Below are positions 39,899-42,668 of a DNA stretch of 42,668 nucleotides, piece by piece. This stretch comes from a virus. The notes under the pieces were generated by a model. It searched no databases, had not been told where the DNA came from, and saw only the letters and a list, made by a program, of their open reading frames with translations. Where the stretch lies: IMG/VR virus record IMGVR_UViG_3300037419_001219, one strand, 5' to 3'. Made by a program: the position numbers and the translations under genes. Each line of letters begins with the position of its first letter. The stretch's first letter is position 1.

Positions 39899-41011
39899 AT
39901 GTCAACGACTACCGTTCTGTCAGGCTTGGAACTGACGAAATGGCGCTCGAAGTTCATCACGGAATACATCCGCGATACTGGCTTCGAGCCCTATATGGGC
40001 GACTCGGCGATGGACATTATCTCCGTCGTCAACGATCTCCAGACCGATGGCTATACCATCCGCATTCCGCTGCTCGGCAAGCTGAATGGCGAAGGCGTCA
40101 GCGGCAACACGTCTCTGACCGGCAACGAACAGCAGATGGATCAGTACTACCAGGATCTGTCCTGGGAGTTCCGCCGTCAGGCCGTTCTCGCCACGAAGAA
40201 GGACCGGGCTAAGTCGGCTATCGACTTCATGTCGTCGGCGCGCCCGCTGCTGAAGGACTGGTCGACCGAGAACGTCAAGTATCGTCTGATCCAGTCGTTC
40301 CACAAGATGTCGGATGGCACGCCGTTCTCGACGGCCAACGCGACGCAACGCAACGCCTTTGCCGCAGCGAACCAGGATCGCATCCTGTTCGGTGTGACGC
40401 AGTCTAACTATTCCGCGACGCACGCAACAGGCCTGACGGCGATCGACAACACGGCGGACAAGCTCTCGACCACGATGGGCTCGCTCGCAAAGTTCATGGC
40501 GCGCCAGGCACGCCCGATGATCCGGCCGTTCAAGACCGGAACGCAGGGCCGTGAATACTACGTCATGTTCTGCCATCCGCTCGGCTTCCGCGATCTCAAA
40601 GCCGATACGGTCATGCAGCAGGCGAACCGTGACGCGCGTGCTCGCGACGTCGATAGCAACCCGCTCTTCCAGGACGGCGACCTGATCTATGATGGCGTCA
40701 TCTATCGCGAAATCCCTGAGTTCTATCAGGGCAAGGATGCCGACAGCGGCCTGAACCCCGACACCACGTTCTCGAACGGCACGATCCAATGCGGCGTGTC
40801 GTTCCTGTGCGGTGCGCAGGCCATTGGCTTCGTCAACAAGCAGGCGGCGATCCCGACCTCGCGTGCTGACGATGACTACGGCTTCCTGAAGGGCGTCGGC
40901 ATCGAGTTCGCCGACGGCATCGACAAGCTGCGCTGGAACAACAACCCGGGCGGCATCAACAACGGCAAAGACGTTGGCATGGTCACCGTCTATCACGCGG
41001 CCGTGGCATAA
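39899..41011 (+). CDS. Major capsid protein (HK97 fold; N-terminus recalls the N4-gp56-type capsid family)
   Basis: 370 aa after the scaffold. WRSKFITEYIRDTGFEPYMG ... GYTIRIPLLGKLNGEGVSGNTSLTGNEQQM matches the recalled family pattern. A strong terminator lies downstream. Confidence 0.8.
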   Translation: MSTTTVLSGLELTKWRSKFITEYIRDTGFEPYMGDSAMDIISVVNDLQTDGYTIRIPLLGKLNGEGVSGNTSLTGNEQQMDQYYQDLSWEFRRQAVLATKKDRAKSAIDFMSSARPLLKDWSTENVKYRLIQSFHKMSDGTPFSTANATQRNAFAAANQDRILFGVTQSNYSATHATGLTAIDNTADKLSTTMGSLAKFMARQARPMIRPFKTGTQGREYYVMFCHPLGFRDLKADTVMQQANRDARARDVDSNPLFQDGDLIYDGVIYREIPEFYQGKDADSGLNPDTTFSNGTIQCGVSFLCGAQAIGFVNKQAAIPTSRADDDYGFLKGVGIEFADGIDKLRWNNNPGGINNGKDVGMVTVYHAAVA

Positions 41012-41023
41012 GGAGACTGACAC

Positions 41024-41482
41024 ATGGCTATTTATACGACATCTCAGTCTCGCGTCAGCAGCCGGGCCAAAGCGCAGGGTGCCTCGACGCAGGAAGTGGC
41101 TCTCGTCGCAATCGTGGCTGTGACCACGGGCATGATCGACACCAACACGGATGAGGTCGGCCTGTTCTACGTGCCGAAAGGCTTCATGCCGACGAGCATC
41201 AACTTCTCGACGACCGATATGGACTCGTCCACCGGTCTGCTCTGGGACGTTGGTGACGACGGCGACGAGGACCGGCTGATCGCCGCGTTCTCGGGTCAGG
41301 CTGCGGGCCAGCAGAACGCCTTGGTTGCGACCACGGGCTTTCTCTACAAGTACACGGCCCGCACGCTGATCAAGGCCTACGTCAACACGGCTGCGACCGG
41401 TGGCGCTGCTGGCACCCTGAAGGTCGTCCTGAAGGGCATCGTCGACGAAGACTTCGACACCACGCCGCTGGTTGCGGCCTAA
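41024..41482 (+). CDS. Putative head decoration / capsid accessory protein
   Basis: AGGAG SD. 152 aa, beta-rich. It lies directly after the capsid gene and before the terminator. Confidence 0.5.
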   Translation: MAIYTTSQSRVSSRAKAQGASTQEVALVAIVAVTTGMIDTNTDEVGLFYVPKGFMPTSINFSTTDMDSSTGLLWDVGDDGDEDRLIAAFSGQAAGQQNALVATTGFLYKYTARTLIKAYVNTAATGGAAGTLKVVLKGIVDEDFDTTPLVAA

Positions 41483-41491
41483 CGATCCTCG

Positions 41492-41524
41492 GAGCGGCGG
41501 GAAACTGCCGCTCTTTCCTTTTTT
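41492..41524 (+). terminator. Rho-independent terminator after the capsid genes
   Basis: GAGCGGCGG-GAAA-CTGCCGCTC: a 9-bp stem with a GAAA tetraloop, followed by TTTCCTTTTTT. Confidence 0.8.
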
Positions 41525-41537
41525 AGCAGGAGACAAG

Positions 41538-41768
41538 ATGAAGTTCAAATTCATTGGTGAAGAGCCGTCCGAGTTCATGGGGTTCCGCTGGTTCCCCGGA
41601 ACGGAACACGACGTGACCGACGCGCACGCGATCAAGAAGCTGTCGAACTCTGTCCTGTTCGAGAAGCTTGACGACGCACCGGCCGAAGACAAGCCGGAGC
41701 CCAAGAAGAGGACCCGTAACGCAGCCCAGCCGGTGAGCGAGAATGGCGACGACAAGAACGCCGAGTGA
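41538..41768 (+). CDS. Hypothetical head-completion-region protein
   Basis: ATG at 41538 preceded by AGGAGACAAG. 76 aa with an acidic/basic tail. Confidence 0.55.
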   Translation: MKFKFIGEEPSEFMGFRWFPGTEHDVTDAHAIKKLSNSVLFEKLDDAPAEDKPEPKKRTRNAAQPVSENGDDKNAE

Positions 41769-42096
41769 GCTGGCGAAAAACGTGCTGCTTGCTCCCAACA
41801 TCATCGCGGCGGAAGAAACACCGTCTGCGGCGGATAGCCAGTACGTGATCCAGCGTTACACCGATCTCTTCGAAGAGATGATGGTCAACGATGAATTCTA
41901 TTGGCCTCTCAATGAAATCCCGGCCGCTGTATTCGAGCCTCTGACAGAGATGATGGTGTTGATCATCTCGCCGGCGTTCGGAGAGCCCGTCGATGCAGCG
42001 TCGATGGATGAAGGACTGCGCATTCTGCGGCGCCGTCTCCGTCGCACCGTAAACATTAAGTCCGACGAGCTCGCAACACAGTTCGAGGACTTCTGA
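41743..42096 (+). CDS. P22 gp4-like head-to-tail adaptor (tentative)
   Basis: LAKNVLLAPNIIAAEETPSAADSQYVIQRYTDLFEEMM parallels the recalled gp4 block [36 protein letters not shown]. It is immediately upstream of the gp10-like gene. Confidence 0.5.
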   Translation: MATTRTPSELAKNVLLAPNIIAAEETPSAADSQYVIQRYTDLFEEMMVNDEFYWPLNEIPAAVFEPLTEMMVLIISPAFGEPVDAASMDEGLRILRRRLRRTVNIKSDELATQFEDF

Positions 42097-42668
42097 TGCC
42101 GGTCATCCCTTTCCAGCTCCCGACCGGATCGACAAAAGGCAAGTTTCTTCAGGGCGGCGCGTGCCGTCTGATCAACTGCTATGCCTCCGAGATCGGTCCT
42201 GAAGGCAAAGTTCCGCGTGCGATCTATTCAGCTGATGGCCTGCAGGGCTTTACGCTTCTGTCGGGTATCGCAGCAGGATTAGGAACGCGACAGGCCATTA
42301 ATCTGGACGATGCCGCTCTTTACGTCGTGGCAGGAACGGCGCTGTTCAAAGTCACGCCGAACGGCGCACAGACGCTCATTGGGTCGATGAACATCTCGAC
42401 GACGGCGCCGGTGTTCATGGCGCGCAACCGTCGCGTTCCGGCCGATGTGACAATCGTCTGCGACGGCCTGATGTACAACTGCCGTAATGATGTCCTGTCT
42501 CAGGTGACTGACGCTGACCTCTCAGGCCCGACATCGCTGGCTTATTCGGACGGCTATCTCGGAATAACGACGGCGCTCAACAAATGGCAGATCAGCGCTA
42601 TTGACGACGCGACAAGCTGGGATGGGCTGGACTTTGCCACGGCCGATGGCGACCCGGATGCACTGGTT
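42096..42668 (+). CDS. P22 gp10-like tail hub protein, 5-prime part (continues at 2..979)
   Basis: ATGA overlap with the upstream stop. The ORF is open to the window end and in frame with 2..979 through the 127-bp overlap. Confidence 0.75.
   Translation, partial: MPVIPFQLPTGSTKGKFLQGGACRLINCYASEIGPEGKVPRAIYSADGLQGFTLLSGIAAGLGTRQAINLDDAALYVVAGTALFKVTPNGAQTLIGSMNISTTAPVFMARNRRVPADVTIVCDGLMYNCRNDVLSQVTDADLSGPTSLAYSDGYLGITTALNKWQISAIDDATSWDGLDFATADGDPDALV
42542..42668. repeat. Terminal direct repeat copy 2 (same as 1..127)
   Basis: Identical by direct comparison. Confidence 0.95.

Larger units (their letters stand above)
1..42541. mobile_element. Complete temperate phage genome (P22-like podovirus morphogenesis, lambda-like immunity region), circularly closed
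   Basis: Full set of phage modules (terminase, portal, capsid, tail hub, lysis, integrase/attP, repressor/cro, replication). Window ends overlap by 127 identical bases. Confidence 0.9.

Noticed and set aside
39920-41755. 611-aa minus-strand ORF antisense to the capsid and decoration genes.
   Set aside because: Arg/Ala/Val-rich junk-like sequence lying exactly opposite well-supported genes. This is a typical GC-rich shadow ORF. The same applies to 36337..37077, 37093..38028, 35634..36335, 5313..6212, 29955..30734 and 38841..39527.
1-42668. CRISPR arrays, rRNA genes, transposases/IS elements, reverse transcriptases (retron/DGR) and methyltransferases.
   Set aside because: I scanned for them by eye in the ORF translations and for regularly spaced repeats. 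None was seen.

Overview
The window is one complete, circularly closed temperate phage genome. Bases 1-127 are identical to 42542-42668, which gives a 42541-bp unit, and one ORF reads through the junction. The DNA is GC-rich by eye, and the protein flavour suggests an alphaproteobacterial host; that host call is inference only. The morphogenesis module is P22-like: TerS, TerL, a 703-aa portal, scaffold, HK97-type capsid, a gp4-like adaptor, a gp10-like tail hub, three ejection-protein-sized genes and a tail fibre. A lysis cassette follows: GH24 endolysin, overlapped i/o-spanins and a holin-like gene. The phage is not integrated. A 50-nt 3-prime piece of tRNA-Thr(UGU) sits 37 nt from a tyrosine integrase and is the attP core. 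The immunity region has lambda geometry. OL-type operators and an early-left operon (RecT, HNH, ASCH, Lar-like) sit on one side. OR-type operators, a cro-like gene, a replication initiator and DnaB sit on the other. Between them lie an HTH/S24 repressor and a translationally coupled 203-aa gene in the rexAB slot. The candidates for something new are: (1) the repressor-coupled 203-aa gene, possibly a papain-like peptidase; (2) a self-regulated divergent membrane module at 27.4-31.0 kb, holding two distantly similar 3TM/coiled-coil/TM proteins, three micro-peptides, an AT-hook/RHH regulator with twin operator boxes, and a 473-bp ORF-free structured spacer; (3) an att-proximal operon of micro-genes headed by an RHH plus T5orf172/GIY-YIG pair. 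All family names come from motif recall, not from searches, and need HMM or structure confirmation.
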